Virus record (IMG/VR): IMGVR_UViG_3300047290_000202
Span: 1 to 44,001 of that record
Strand: one strand, 5' to 3'
From: a virus
Taxonomy: Duplodnaviria; Caudoviricetes
Length of the DNA: 44,001 nucleotides
Each line of letters opens with the position of its first letter. Within the stretch, counting starts at the first letter, position 1. Positions 1 to 9,500 of the stretch are shown here, in pieces. Below the pieces are notes generated by a model that worked only from the letters and a program-made list of their open reading frames with translations, was not told the DNA's origin and did no database searches. The position numbers and the translations under genes are program-made.

Positions 1-326
1 CCATCACCCACTGGTCCCTGCTCCATGCAGTTGACCATGCTGAAATGGTCATGGATCTTGTAGCCCACATCACTGGCATTGATAGCCTGTATGGTCTCAT
101 TGACTTTGTGCAGGATAAACTGACCGTCTCGCTGGCTCTGAGGCCAGCCCATGAAACAGTAGTTTTTTTCTAGATGATAGTCCTGTGCCAGTAGATGTTC
201 TAGGGCATGCAACCAACGAGGTGCCAGACTGTTATCTAGTACGTCTATGTAGACACGCAACTTATCTCCGTTGCCAATGTCTCTCAGCGTGATCTCAATC
301 TGTTCTAATGTTTTTCCACCAGCCAT
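1..326 (-). CDS. Hypothetical phage protein, truncated by the window edge
   Basis: Not in the ORF track. Manual translation from ATG at 326 gives MAGGKTLEQIEITLRDIGNGDKLRVYIDVLDNSLAPRWLHALEHLLAQDYHLEKNYCFMGWPQ..., open to position 1 and overlapping the end of the upstream radical SAM gene like other coupled genes here. Confidence 0.75.
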   Translation of the reverse strand, partial: MAGGKTLEQIEITLRDIGNGDKLRVYIDVLDNSLAPRWLHALEHLLAQDYHLEKNYCFMGWPQSQRDGQFILHKVNETIQAINASDVGYKIHDHFSMVNCMEQGPVGD

Positions 327-1590
327 ATAACAAAGGTTCCTTGGAAAGGATAGAGTCCATAGTGTATGTATCGCCCCTGATCTGTTCCAGCCGGAGAATA
401 CGTCTTTTGCCCGCGGCCAAGGCCGTTTGCCATTGGTCGGGCCACTGCTCTTCAAACGTGGGACGATTGAGCAGTTGGACCAGCACGTCTTGCATGGCCC
501 CGCTGGTCAAAAACACCAGGGGGCGAATGGTACGTTCCAGCAGATGACGCGGCAAGGCCAGCGGACTCATTATGATCTCGGGGCTGAAACTGAAAATGGT
601 CTTGACCAGTAGATCGACCTGCAGCTGGCTGGCCAGATCCTCCATGGCCATTACCTCGGTCAATCCCGGTAATGTCAGTGTAAAATCTATGCGCATCTGT
701 CTTGGGTTGGTCTGTAGCTTCCTGCCCTGTTCAAAGTTACGCAACCATTGATCATAGTCCAATCCTGTGCGGATGTATTGACCGGTAGACCCAGTACCGT
801 CCAAGCTGGCACAGATCTGCCAATCACGCACATGCGCTAAGATGTCGGTAAACAGGTTGGTGCCCTGGTAGTCTACTCTGCTGAGATTGGTATTGTATCT
901 GGCATAGAGTTTGGGGCCATCGGCCAATTGGATAATGCGTTTCATATAACGCCAGTGCTGCTCATACATCAGGGGCTCTCCACCCACCCAATAGATCTCC
1001 TCGATGCGATGTTGCTCCACCGCCTCAGCAAACTCCTGTTCGATCTGCTGGTCCTGGAACTGGGATATCTGCTGTCGAGTGTGGGGTTCCATCCATGAAT
1101 TTTTGGGATTGGACCAATCGATCATGTTGTGCTGCCGCTGTTCGCTTTCCCAGGCGCTGCTCAACATGTCACCGCAGGTGCGGCATTTGAAATTGCAAAG
1201 ATTACTGAAACGATAGTCCCAGCTTACTGGCTGCATGGTGGTCGAACCATCAGCATCGGTGCTAGTCCAAATTTCATCGTACTTGTGTTTGAACAGATTC
1301 CAAAAATAATCTCGGTAAACGTTGGTATTCAGCAGCTTGTGATTGCAGACCTGGCATTCAGACAGGGTTTCGCCAGCCATCATGCGCCGTCTTACTGATT
1401 TCATATGCTCGCCGTTCCAATGTTGCTGCAAGGTCAGTGGTTGGAAATGGCCCGACCCTTCAGCGGTATCTATATACTGACGAAAATTCTGGGCAGGTTC
1501 CCGGCTGGCGCAGCACATGCGTCGCTCGATCTGAGGGCTGACATAGGTATGGGTCCAAGGGGCCATACACAGATTGCTATTAGGTTGCAT
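295..1590 (-). CDS. Radical SAM enzyme with N-terminal Twitch/SPASM-like Cys-rich domain (subgroup B)
   Basis: CxxxCxxC motif CNFKCRTC, GGEP motif, YNTN and ASLDG motifs; N-terminal CMAPW...MCC...CQVC. Confidence 0.9.
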   Translation of the reverse strand: MQPNSNLCMAPWTHTYVSPQIERRMCCASREPAQNFRQYIDTAEGSGHFQPLTLQQHWNGEHMKSVRRRMMAGETLSECQVCNHKLLNTNVYRDYFWNLFKHKYDEIWTSTDADGSTTMQPVSWDYRFSNLCNFKCRTCGDMLSSAWESEQRQHNMIDWSNPKNSWMEPHTRQQISQFQDQQIEQEFAEAVEQHRIEEIYWVGGEPLMYEQHWRYMKRIIQLADGPKLYARYNTNLSRVDYQGTNLFTDILAHVRDWQICASLDGTGSTGQYIRTGLDYDQWLRNFEQGRKLQTNPRQMRIDFTLTLPGLTEVMAMEDLASQLQVDLLVKTIFSFSPEIIMSPLALPRHLLERTIRPLVFLTSGAMQDVLVQLLNRPTFEEQWPDQWQTALAAGKRRILRLEQIRGDTYTMDSILSKEPLLYGWWKNIRTD

Positions 1591-2590
1591 CGATCCATTC
1601 CTCCAATGGGGCCATCACGGTCTGATCTAACAGACCACGGACCAGTTTTTGATCCCAAAATCTATCAAAATTATGCGCCAGCTTGGCCCGAACCGCGGGC
1701 GTAGCGATAGCCGCGGGATCAAATCCCATCATGGCATCGATGGCTTTTTCGATCCTACGATTGGTATCTCGTTCATTGTCGTAACTTTGATCAAACACTT
1801 CGTCAAAAGTTTCAAAGCCCAGATGTCGCACGTAGGCCAGATTGTGATAGGTACTGACCATGACAAACGGATGACCCATTGCCAATGGTTTGAAGGTTTT
1901 TTCACAGATAAAAAGTTCATCATCCAAGGTCAGGCTCACACCTTGGTCCTGGCTTAGATCTATAAAAGTCTCTACTACCACGCTGAAATGCGTACTGGCA
2001 ATCCACTGGGGATTGATATATCTCTGCCAGTCGTCTTGGACTATGTCGTTGGGTAAGAAAATACCTCGAGCCCTATAGCTGACCAGTCCTCTATCCAAAC
2101 AGCCTCTTTGTTCCATCCTGGACCAGAGCTGATCCCTATGAGTACGCGCCAGACCCATGGGCATCCAAAAGTCATGCGTGGGTCGTGGTTGCAAACGCCA
2201 TTGATCCATACCCTGTGCCAGCCAGTTGGTTTGATCCATGACCCAATACCAAATTGGACAGGCTATGATTTTGATACCCGGGATAGACATAGCGGTTTGC
2301 CCTGATATCAATACAGCACCTTGACCTGGATACTGCCCAAACAGTTCTACCACTTTGACGTGCTCGGGCATCAAGAAATGTTCGTTGCGAGCGTCATATA
2401 CCACCCGGTGGCCACGGGCCAATTGGTCTGTGATTTTGTCACGGTGCCTGCCGTACATGTGATGTATGAACACCTCACGATCATCGTACACGCAATCCGG
2501 TTGCCACAATGCCCAATCTCGCTGTGCAAAGTGCTGGCCTACCCACGAGGGACAATTATCCTGCTCCATCATCCAGATCAGCCTAGTCAT
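1580..2590 (-). CDS. Putative glycosyltransferase (GT10/GT-B-like), paralog 1
   Basis: C-terminal FSVVVET...FICEKTFKPLAMGHPFV...GFETFDEVFDQSYD resembles the GT10 (alpha-1,3-fucosyltransferase) F.xE...TEK motif; paralogous to 6501-7565 and 8364-9500. Confidence 0.6.
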   Translation of the reverse strand: MTRLIWMMEQDNCPSWVGQHFAQRDWALWQPDCVYDDREVFIHHMYGRHRDKITDQLARGHRVVYDARNEHFLMPEHVKVVELFGQYPGQGAVLISGQTAMSIPGIKIIACPIWYWVMDQTNWLAQGMDQWRLQPRPTHDFWMPMGLARTHRDQLWSRMEQRGCLDRGLVSYRARGIFLPNDIVQDDWQRYINPQWIASTHFSVVVETFIDLSQDQGVSLTLDDELFICEKTFKPLAMGHPFVMVSTYHNLAYVRHLGFETFDEVFDQSYDNERDTNRRIEKAIDAMMGFDPAAIATPAVRAKLAHNFDRFWDQKLVRGLLDQTVMAPLEEWIDAT

Positions 2591-3791
2591 GATAACAGTA
2601 ACCTATGGCTTGGGCCAATTCAGGGTGATCCAAGGCTAGGTCAGTGCCCCTCTTCCAATCTAGATCTCGTATTTTCATTCGCAAGATTTGACCATCTAGA
2701 CTGGCACCCTTGCTCATGAAATCGCAGATGCGTTCAAATTCCGCACGGTGCCAGGCAGAGACCTGAGCATGACGCAGTCTATCTTGCGCTTTGACTTTGG
2801 CATCATCGGGCAGGGTGGCCACGGAAAAGTAGTAGGCCTCATGCATCATGTTCCAATACACAAAATCAAATGCCTGCTCGTCAATCCAGTTGGCTAGTTC
2901 TTCTAGGTACATGACATTGAACACGTTGACCGTGCTACAGCATTGTAGTTGGATATTGCGATGTCCGGCTCTAAGATCACGGAATCGATTGAGATTTTCA
3001 TTCACTTGGGGCCATGATGCGTTGGTTCGCTGATATTCAAACCTAGCAGTCAGATCATCTATACTGAATGCCACTTCTACTGTCTTGAAGTGGCGCCAAA
3101 TTTCCGGACCTCGCAAGGGCCATTGTGTGCCGTTGGTGTTGTAGTGTATCTCTACCTGATGCGCGATGCCACGATCTACCATGCCCTGCAGGAGATCAAA
3201 GTGCTCCTGGATCATAAAGGGCTCGCCGCCGGTGAACTCGATGTAACGGATCTGGTCTAAGATTCCATCAATCTGGGCCCAGAACTGCGTGTTCTCTCTG
3301 GGCCAGGCTCCACGCTTGAGCATGGTGTAGTGGAAACTGGCCTTTTTGTCCTCCACATACTGTAGTTCTTCGCTAGCGAAAGTGCTGGAGCTCCATGATC
3401 CGCAGATACGACATTTGAGATTGCAGATGTTGCCTAGTTTGAGATCCAGGAACATCAAGGGTTTGGCATCCTGTGTCCACTCGGTATCTGTAACCATGTG
3501 TTTGAGGCGATCCAGGGTATGCATGCGTTTGCTGGTACGGCCAGCACGTTCTTCCTGCCAGCATTTGCGACAGGTGCGTGGTTGTTGGCCCACCAGAAAC
3601 TGCTGCCGCAGATCACGCATGTATTGACTGTTCTGGGCGTCTACGAGCGAGCACTGCTGGAGATCAAATTTGGTGCCTTGATCATCCATAATCTCCTCTT
3701 CGGCCAGACAACAGGGACGCAGGCTGCCAATTGGGCTGGCTTCCAAACTGATCCAGGGCAACACACAGAATTTGTCGTGGGGTGTTTTCAT
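2583..3791 (-). CDS. Radical SAM enzyme with N-terminal Twitch/SPASM-like domain (subgroup B)
   Basis: CNLKCRIC, FTGGEPF, YNTNG, FSID; N-terminal CVLPW...PCC...CRKC. Confidence 0.9.
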   Translation of the reverse strand: MKTPHDKFCVLPWISLEASPIGSLRPCCLAEEEIMDDQGTKFDLQQCSLVDAQNSQYMRDLRQQFLVGQQPRTCRKCWQEERAGRTSKRMHTLDRLKHMVTDTEWTQDAKPLMFLDLKLGNICNLKCRICGSWSSSTFASEELQYVEDKKASFHYTMLKRGAWPRENTQFWAQIDGILDQIRYIEFTGGEPFMIQEHFDLLQGMVDRGIAHQVEIHYNTNGTQWPLRGPEIWRHFKTVEVAFSIDDLTARFEYQRTNASWPQVNENLNRFRDLRAGHRNIQLQCCSTVNVFNVMYLEELANWIDEQAFDFVYWNMMHEAYYFSVATLPDDAKVKAQDRLRHAQVSAWHRAEFERICDFMSKGASLDGQILRMKIRDLDWKRGTDLALDHPELAQAIGYCYHD

Positions 3792-5080
3792 TGTAGAGCC
3801 TTGAGCTCAGGGATAGTATCCACCAGGCGCTCGTCGCGTATGTGATCCAACTTGTTGATTTTTTCCCAAAATTTAGGCAATAGATCAGTATTGTCAGTGG
3901 CCATCATGAAATTGATCGCGCTTTCAAAACCTTCAGTGGCTCTATGCAATCCATCTAGGGGACGTAGCCAATCTAGATGGTCCCGCAAGCGTTCCGCCAC
4001 TGTGTGCTTGTAGCTTGGTGGCGCTATGTCCAATCTTAGATAGTCAGGATTGAGCAACATGTTCACATTGAGATCTTGTGGTTTCAAAAGCCCCCGATCC
4101 ACCCAATCACGATGGAAGTCTGGCACATGCAAGGCATTGAGCACACTGATCGTGGGCGAAATATAAAAATCAACGTTGGGACAGGTGTCCTGCATGCGCC
4201 GGCGATTGTCTTCTACCGTGCTCCATACAGTACCTTTTCTTATGTACTCAGCGCGTGTGCCCATGGCATCCAGGCTGGCTCCCACTGCCACGTTGCGGAA
4301 CCTACGCCAGTAGTCAAACACGTACCTATCACGTAATTTGACCTGGGTAAAATTGCTATTATAGATCAATCTCACGTGCCACATTTCTCGACGTTCTAGC
4401 TCGTCGAGTATGCGATAGTGCTCGTCCATGATCAAGGGCTCACCACCGGCAAAATAGATCTGCTCCACATGGTCTATGTGTGCTATCAACTGTTCCAACA
4501 TATCACCCGCATGGCGGCCAGCATAAAACAGCGCACGATGGGTTCGAGCATAATCGTCGCCGGCTAGGGCCACTTGGTCGTTGTACCACTGGCTGCTGAA
4601 CATGTGTCCACAGCTTCTACAACGAAGATTACAAAGATTGCTAAATCTGATATCCCAGTAGGCCATCTCAAATCGCTCAAGATAGCCATCGGTCTTGGTT
4701 TCATTGATCCTGTTGATCAGGTGGCCGTGATGCTTGTTGGCGCTGCGGCGTCCGCTAAAAAAGTCTGATTTTTCTTTTTCATAGCATTGACCACACTCGG
4801 GGCTAGCTTGCTCAGACAGCATATTGACCCTAATCTGTTTCATGCGGTCGCCGTTCCAAATTTCTTTCAAGCTGCTTTGATTGGCGTTGCCGCATGAGGG
4901 TGCACGTTGGTGATCAGCCATACAGCAGGGAGTGGCTCGGCCATCGGGATACACATGCAGATGCATCCAAGGATACATGCAAAAAACCTTGCTCTGCGTC
5001 AGCAAGAATCTTTCGCGATCTGATAGTTCATCCAATGTGACATTGATAGGATCAGTGCTACTGTAATTGTATTGCGTCAT
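3788..5080 (-). CDS. Radical SAM enzyme with N-terminal Twitch/SPASM-like domain (subgroup B)
   Basis: CNLRCRSC, FAGGEPL, ASLDA; N-terminal CMYPW...DG.ATPCC...GN.....LKEIWNG..M..IR...CGQC is a typical SPASM-like pattern. Confidence 0.92.
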   Translation of the reverse strand: MTQYNYSSTDPINVTLDELSDRERFLLTQSKVFCMYPWMHLHVYPDGRATPCCMADHQRAPSCGNANQSSLKEIWNGDRMKQIRVNMLSEQASPECGQCYEKEKSDFFSGRRSANKHHGHLINRINETKTDGYLERFEMAYWDIRFSNLCNLRCRSCGHMFSSQWYNDQVALAGDDYARTHRALFYAGRHAGDMLEQLIAHIDHVEQIYFAGGEPLIMDEHYRILDELERREMWHVRLIYNSNFTQVKLRDRYVFDYWRRFRNVAVGASLDAMGTRAEYIRKGTVWSTVEDNRRRMQDTCPNVDFYISPTISVLNALHVPDFHRDWVDRGLLKPQDLNVNMLLNPDYLRLDIAPPSYKHTVAERLRDHLDWLRPLDGLHRATEGFESAINFMMATDNTDLLPKFWEKINKLDHIRDERLVDTIPELKALQ

Positions 5081-6425
5081 ACCATTCCTTTAGTCGGGGG
5101 AACGTGCTACCAAAACTCTTGTGTCTACGCTGATCATACTGTGAATAGAATCTAGCAAAATCATTTAGCAGTTTGGGTTTGTCAAAAGCATCTGAATGGG
5201 GTGTCTTGACCATGGCCAAATAGTCAATGAGGCGCTGGACGTGATTGATCTCATGTTCATGCAGCAGAGGATTATCACGATAGTAATCCAGCCAGTCCAG
5301 CAAGCTAGTTCTGTAGTGCGTGAGAAGATTTTGGGGCAGTACCAAGGGCGATTGAAAACTGGGGAAACGCAGGATGTTCAGAGTAAAGTTTACTCTATTT
5401 CTTCCATACTGTTGTTTGAGAGACAGCAACAGAGTCAGATACTGTGGTAGGCTATCCAGACACAGAGCATTGATAGTGCACATGCTGTGCACGGCGTTCA
5501 CTTGAGATTGGTCCAAAACAGTGTGTACATTTTCCAACCATAGATCAAAGTCCAGGCCATCACGAATGTATTCGGCCTGCCCATTTATGGCTTCGTTGCT
5601 GGTATACAATTCCACGCTGGGCAGATCCTCGATGCCTTGGATGAATTCGCGCACGCGGCGATTTTCCATGCCTAAATTAGAGTTGATGGCCAGACGTGTC
5701 TGGCTGCGTCCTTGGTTCTGCTTGAACCATTCAATCAACTGCCAAGTGTAGCCCGACATCAATGGTTCGCCCCCAGTGATCCTCAGCTCTTGCAGAGTGC
5801 GATGGAGGTCAGATTCCCACCAGGCAAAAAAAGCTTCAACATAGGGATTGGTCTCCCCAAACTGGTACAATTGGGCGCTGTCATGAGTATGGGTAAAATG
5901 ATTCCTACCGTCAGACATCAAACCTTGGTAAGCACCGTTTTTTCGTATGTCCTTGACCCAGCTGCTGGAAAACGCAGGGTTGCAATAGCTGCAGGCAAAC
6001 TGGCAGGTCCTATCAAAGCTGATTTCCAGGGTGCGGAGATTAACGTCTTGGTCTGCTGGGGTGTTCCTGGCTTCTTGGAGGGCTGTCTCATCGTAAATTA
6101 TTGATTTATACAATCTATCGCTAATGGAACCTCGATTCATTGATTCGATTTTCCAACAGTATTCGCAACCAGCGGGTTTTTCCCCTTTTTGCATCATCTC
6201 TCGATCTTGTTTTTTTTCTGGCGTATTATGCAATGCTGCGGGTCGTAGTTCAATCACTTTCTTATCAATTTTATGCGCAGGCGGATGATGGCAGCTGGTA
6301 GTCATACCGCTACCTAGCCAAATAGTGGCATTGTACCATTTGGCCAGACACATTGACGGACTAATTGTGTTGAGATAATCAAACACTTCACGGTCGGTCT
6401 GGCGGCCTGGAGCTCGCAAACTCAT
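5058..6425 (-). CDS. Radical SAM enzyme (subgroup A)
   Basis: CQFACSYC, ITGGEPL; N-terminal CLAKW...SCHHPP.H...ALHNT...CEYCW; AAGGA RBS upstream of the start. Confidence 0.9.
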   Translation of the reverse strand: MSLRAPGRQTDREVFDYLNTISPSMCLAKWYNATIWLGSGMTTSCHHPPAHKIDKKVIELRPAALHNTPEKKQDREMMQKGEKPAGCEYCWKIESMNRGSISDRLYKSIIYDETALQEARNTPADQDVNLRTLEISFDRTCQFACSYCNPAFSSSWVKDIRKNGAYQGLMSDGRNHFTHTHDSAQLYQFGETNPYVEAFFAWWESDLHRTLQELRITGGEPLMSGYTWQLIEWFKQNQGRSQTRLAINSNLGMENRRVREFIQGIEDLPSVELYTSNEAINGQAEYIRDGLDFDLWLENVHTVLDQSQVNAVHSMCTINALCLDSLPQYLTLLLSLKQQYGRNRVNFTLNILRFPSFQSPLVLPQNLLTHYRTSLLDWLDYYRDNPLLHEHEINHVQRLIDYLAMVKTPHSDAFDKPKLLNDFARFYSQYDQRRHKSFGSTFPRLKEWYDAIQLQ

Positions 6426-6514
6426 TTGTTTTCCTTTGATTTTTCATATTTCGCTGCACAAAAACTGCCGCTAAGTGGATCCAGTACCTGCTGTCGGAAT
6501 TCAAGATATGTCAT
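6422..6514 (-). pseudogene. 30-aa ORF resembling an orphaned radical SAM N-terminus
   Basis: Manual translation MTYLEFRQQVLDPLSGSFCAAKYEKSKENK*. LDPLSGSFCAAK aligns with LNTISPSMCLAK of the next gene and LGPALCLAK of 9484-10896. Its stop overlaps the next ATG (ATGA). Confidence 0.6.
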
Positions 6515-7565
6515 GGAATAGATTGTGTACCCTATGTTTTTGTTCTGCGGCCCATTCAAACCATCGTTGTCGATTATGTATCAAGTCAGGCAGCATGCTA
6601 TGATACATGCTGATGATCTGTTGATCATCCAGTCGGGCCAGCCACTCAACAAGATCGGCCAGACTTCGGGCCAACGAATCAGACCCATTGTAGTTCTGCT
6701 CAAGATCAAACTGCGGCCAGTAGTGATTGAATGTGCGGAAACCGTGTCGGCGTAGATACTGATATTGTCGCGTCTGTCCGTTGATCACAAAGGGCTGCAT
6801 GCCTATCAGAGGTTTGAAATTGATCTGATTGATAAAAATGTCGGGCTCATTGAAAGGTGCTGTGGCCCCCACGATGTGCAAAAAGTGCTGCTGCCACACA
6901 TGCCAATTGTGTAGGCTGTAAAGATCATGCGGTATTTCGTGTGGCGTGGCATCCAGGCTGTCACTATACCAATGTCCCCATTCAACATAATCTTGATTTC
7001 GTTCACCTATGGATCTGTAAAGACCATGGTCTGGCTCGCCGGGGAAAGAGTGGCCCAGGGTGATCACACCATGCTTGTCCAGGCCCCGGACTATGAGTTC
7101 ACCCACCAATTGGCGACGGTGCTCATAGGGCTTGCGATTATAGCAACAATAGCGCCATTTGGGCTGGCACATGATCAGCTGATCCTGGTCATACACACGA
7201 AAATGGTCCAGGCAGGCCACGGCGAAAATATTGAACTCATAGTCTCCATCAAAATTGCCCACCCGATACACGTTGCCGATGCCAAATGTGTCCACTAACC
7301 TTTGAATCAATGGATATACCTGGAAGTTCAGTGCCGCATCCACGGTGCTGGTCACTACCAGATTGTCAAAGGTGGCTCCAGCGTCAGCTTGTGCTTGCAT
7401 GGCCTGTTCAGTGGCTGGACCCATCCAGGTGGTGCCCCACAGCAAATTTTTGCTGTGGGGCCAGCGTTGATCCATCTGCTGTTGGATGCTGCGGTGTATA
7501 TCTATCTCATAGCGACCATAGGACCAGTGCTCAGGGAAAGTGTTGGCGATAACCACAGTGGTCAT
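6501..7565 (-). CDS. Putative glycosyltransferase (GT10/GT-B-like), divergent paralog 2
   Basis: Start reassigned to ATG 7565 (MTTVVIANTF; ATGA overlap with the DHH gene stop). YNRKP..HR and FKPLIGMQPFVING...GFRTF motifs are shared with the paralogs, but the TEK motif is replaced by NQI. Confidence 0.55.
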   Translation of the reverse strand: MTTVVIANTFPEHWSYGRYEIDIHRSIQQQMDQRWPHSKNLLWGTTWMGPATEQAMQAQADAGATFDNLVVTSTVDAALNFQVYPLIQRLVDTFGIGNVYRVGNFDGDYEFNIFAVACLDHFRVYDQDQLIMCQPKWRYCCYNRKPYEHRRQLVGELIVRGLDKHGVITLGHSFPGEPDHGLYRSIGERNQDYVEWGHWYSDSLDATPHEIPHDLYSLHNWHVWQQHFLHIVGATAPFNEPDIFINQINFKPLIGMQPFVINGQTRQYQYLRRHGFRTFNHYWPQFDLEQNYNGSDSLARSLADLVEWLARLDDQQIISMYHSMLPDLIHNRQRWFEWAAEQKHRVHNLFHDIS

Positions 7566-8392
7566 GGATCTAACTCGTGCACCTGTGTCAACGCATAACG
7601 AAACCCGCTGGCATGACGATGTCCACCACCACCATACTGCTTGGCTATCTCGCTCACATCCGCACCATCGGGTGCACGGCTTCGCAAGCTGAACACGCGA
7701 TATTCGGGACCATCGTAGTAGCAGGCAGCGAACGGATGCCCTTCGGCCAGCATGTTGGCAGCGTCGCTGCTCATGGTGTAGGGCATGTTGGCCGCAGGTA
7801 CCAACTGACCTCCTATGCGCATGGTTCGGGTACACAAGGGCAATAGCTCACGGATATCCTTGAAATGTTTGCGCTCGATGGCCTTGCCATCACTTATCAA
7901 GTCCTCTAGCGGAGCCGACATCAGGCTGTCCCAAACTGCAAAATCATAGGCGTGGCTGAACACGTTGGCCTGGATCTCACGAGTCCATGGCAGTGCAAAT
8001 CGCCATAGGTCTCTATCTTCGATATGTTGGATCAAACTGGGTGGTACAGAATCTCGACCATACAGCCATTGCCAAGCCAACACGGCCCCGCTATGATCCA
8101 TGTCCACTAGCCCACGCAAAGCGCCGGTGTCCAGCAGGGGTTTGAGATCTTCTACTGCTGATTTATGGTGATCGATAAGACTGACGGAACGTGCCTGTTT
8201 CAACATGTCCTCTACTACCGGTCGTTTGTAGCTGAAATCCACCAAGAATACGTCGCGTCCGGTCACGTGGGGCGGCGAAGTTTGATATACGCCAGGATGG
8301 AAGTCGTAGCCCTGGGGGTCATGGTGATGGAAACACCATGCGGCGCCAAACCCGTCTGCGCAGTTACCGTGATAAATTACCAATGGTTTCAT
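7562..8392 (-). CDS. DHH/DHHA1 family phosphoesterase (NrnA-like nanoRNase or pAp phosphatase)
   Basis: YHGNCADG, VDFS, IDHH, DRDLW motifs and the C-terminal DHHA1 SLRS...GGGGHRHASGF. Confidence 0.9.
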   Translation of the reverse strand: MKPLVIYHGNCADGFGAAWCFHHHDPQGYDFHPGVYQTSPPHVTGRDVFLVDFSYKRPVVEDMLKQARSVSLIDHHKSAVEDLKPLLDTGALRGLVDMDHSGAVLAWQWLYGRDSVPPSLIQHIEDRDLWRFALPWTREIQANVFSHAYDFAVWDSLMSAPLEDLISDGKAIERKHFKDIRELLPLCTRTMRIGGQLVPAANMPYTMSSDAANMLAEGHPFAACYYDGPEYRVFSLRSRAPDGADVSEIAKQYGGGGHRHASGFRYALTQVHELDP

Positions 8393-9500
8393 AGAGTCCT
8401 TTTATATAGTTCATAAGATCCTGGGGCAAACGTTGCCTCTGTTCTCGATTGTGTTCCTGTAATCGAGCATAATTGTGTTCACATGCTGACAGGCTCTGTT
8501 GCAAGAAATCCCATGCACCATTATAGCAGATATCCTTGACCGTTGCAACCACTGCTTGTGCTCGATCCAGGGGGTCATCTATCTGATCAAATCGCTCATC
8601 TATGAGATCACCAAACGTGCGGAAACCCGCATGGTGTAGGTCACGGTAGTAGCCCCGATTGGCTGCTACCACAAAAGGATGCCACATGATCATGGGTTTC
8701 CAAATCTTCTCAGTACGGAAGGTGTGGGGATAGTCAAATATGGTTTCAGTGACCAAGCTGAAACAGCTATCTAGATAACAGCGGGGATTCACGATGGCGT
8801 CTCCCCAAGTGTCGCCAAACAATTGATGTTTGACGAAGCCGTGGTCTGTGGGGGGTTTGTTGAGGTTGGGTACCGCACGATCTATCTCATATGTGGGCGC
8901 AAGATATCGTATGGGCTCTGTTCTGTCCACTACCAACTGACTGGACCAGGCCATGTCCACATGATCCTGGAGATTGGTCCACAGTGCTCGCTCCAGCAAG
9001 GCCTCTTGGCGCAAATGGTCTATCAACCATTTGCGATGTGGTCTTAGGCGTCCGTTGAGAAATAGGAAATCATAGGGTTTGCCCTGTTGTCGTACCTGGA
9101 CCGCTTGCTCATGGGCTTGGACGTTTTCCAGGTATTCCACGATGTGGCTGAAATAACCATCGGTGCTGAGCATGGTAATGCCGGATTCTACTGAGCCGCT
9201 GGCTATCAACCCCAGACAACCATCGTCCACTAGATCTCTGATGCGCAAACGTTTGAGCTGGAGCAGTATGGTTTCACTGCCCTCGGCTGGATTGCAGAAT
9301 ATCACGTGCCCTGGGTGCGCCAGTGCTAGGTCACGTATCTGTTGCCAGTGTGCTTTGAGCTGCACGCGACCAATGATGTAGAAACAGTCAGGATCAAATT
9401 CTATCTGGCTCCACTGCCAGAAACTGCCATCCGCGTGCGGACGTAACAGATCCCAGACTTCAGACCATTCGTCTACTATGATCTTATAGGGTCCGAGCAT
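8364..9500 (-). CDS. Putative glycosyltransferase (GT10/GT-B-like), paralog 3
   Basis: Start reassigned to ATG 9500 (MLGPYKIIVD) to avoid a long overlap with the radical SAM gene. FLFLNGRLRPHR and FSLVTET...FRTEKIWKP...HPFVV...GFRTFGDLIDERFD motifs. Confidence 0.6.
   Translation of the reverse strand: MLGPYKIIVDEWSEVWDLLRPHADGSFWQWSQIEFDPDCFYIIGRVQLKAHWQQIRDLALAHPGHVIFCNPAEGSETILLQLKRLRIRDLVDDGCLGLIASGSVESGITMLSTDGYFSHIVEYLENVQAHEQAVQVRQQGKPYDFLFLNGRLRPHRKWLIDHLRQEALLERALWTNLQDHVDMAWSSQLVVDRTEPIRYLAPTYEIDRAVPNLNKPPTDHGFVKHQLFGDTWGDAIVNPRCYLDSCFSLVTETIFDYPHTFRTEKIWKPMIMWHPFVVAANRGYYRDLHHAGFRTFGDLIDERFDQIDDPLDRAQAVVATVKDICYNGAWDFLQQSLSACEHNYARLQEHNREQRQRLPQDLMNYIKGLYETIGNLSR

Noticed and set aside
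6339-6448. The 110-nt segment between the two C[AL]AK copies as a self-splicing intron
   Set aside because: It is too short for a group I or II core, shows no evident conserved structure, and contains its own RBS and a homologous coding start.
7566-7835. N-terminal extension of the 444-aa ORF in the track
   Set aside because: It overlaps the DHH gene in another frame and reads as non-protein-like; the ATGA-coupled ATG at 7565 is a better start.
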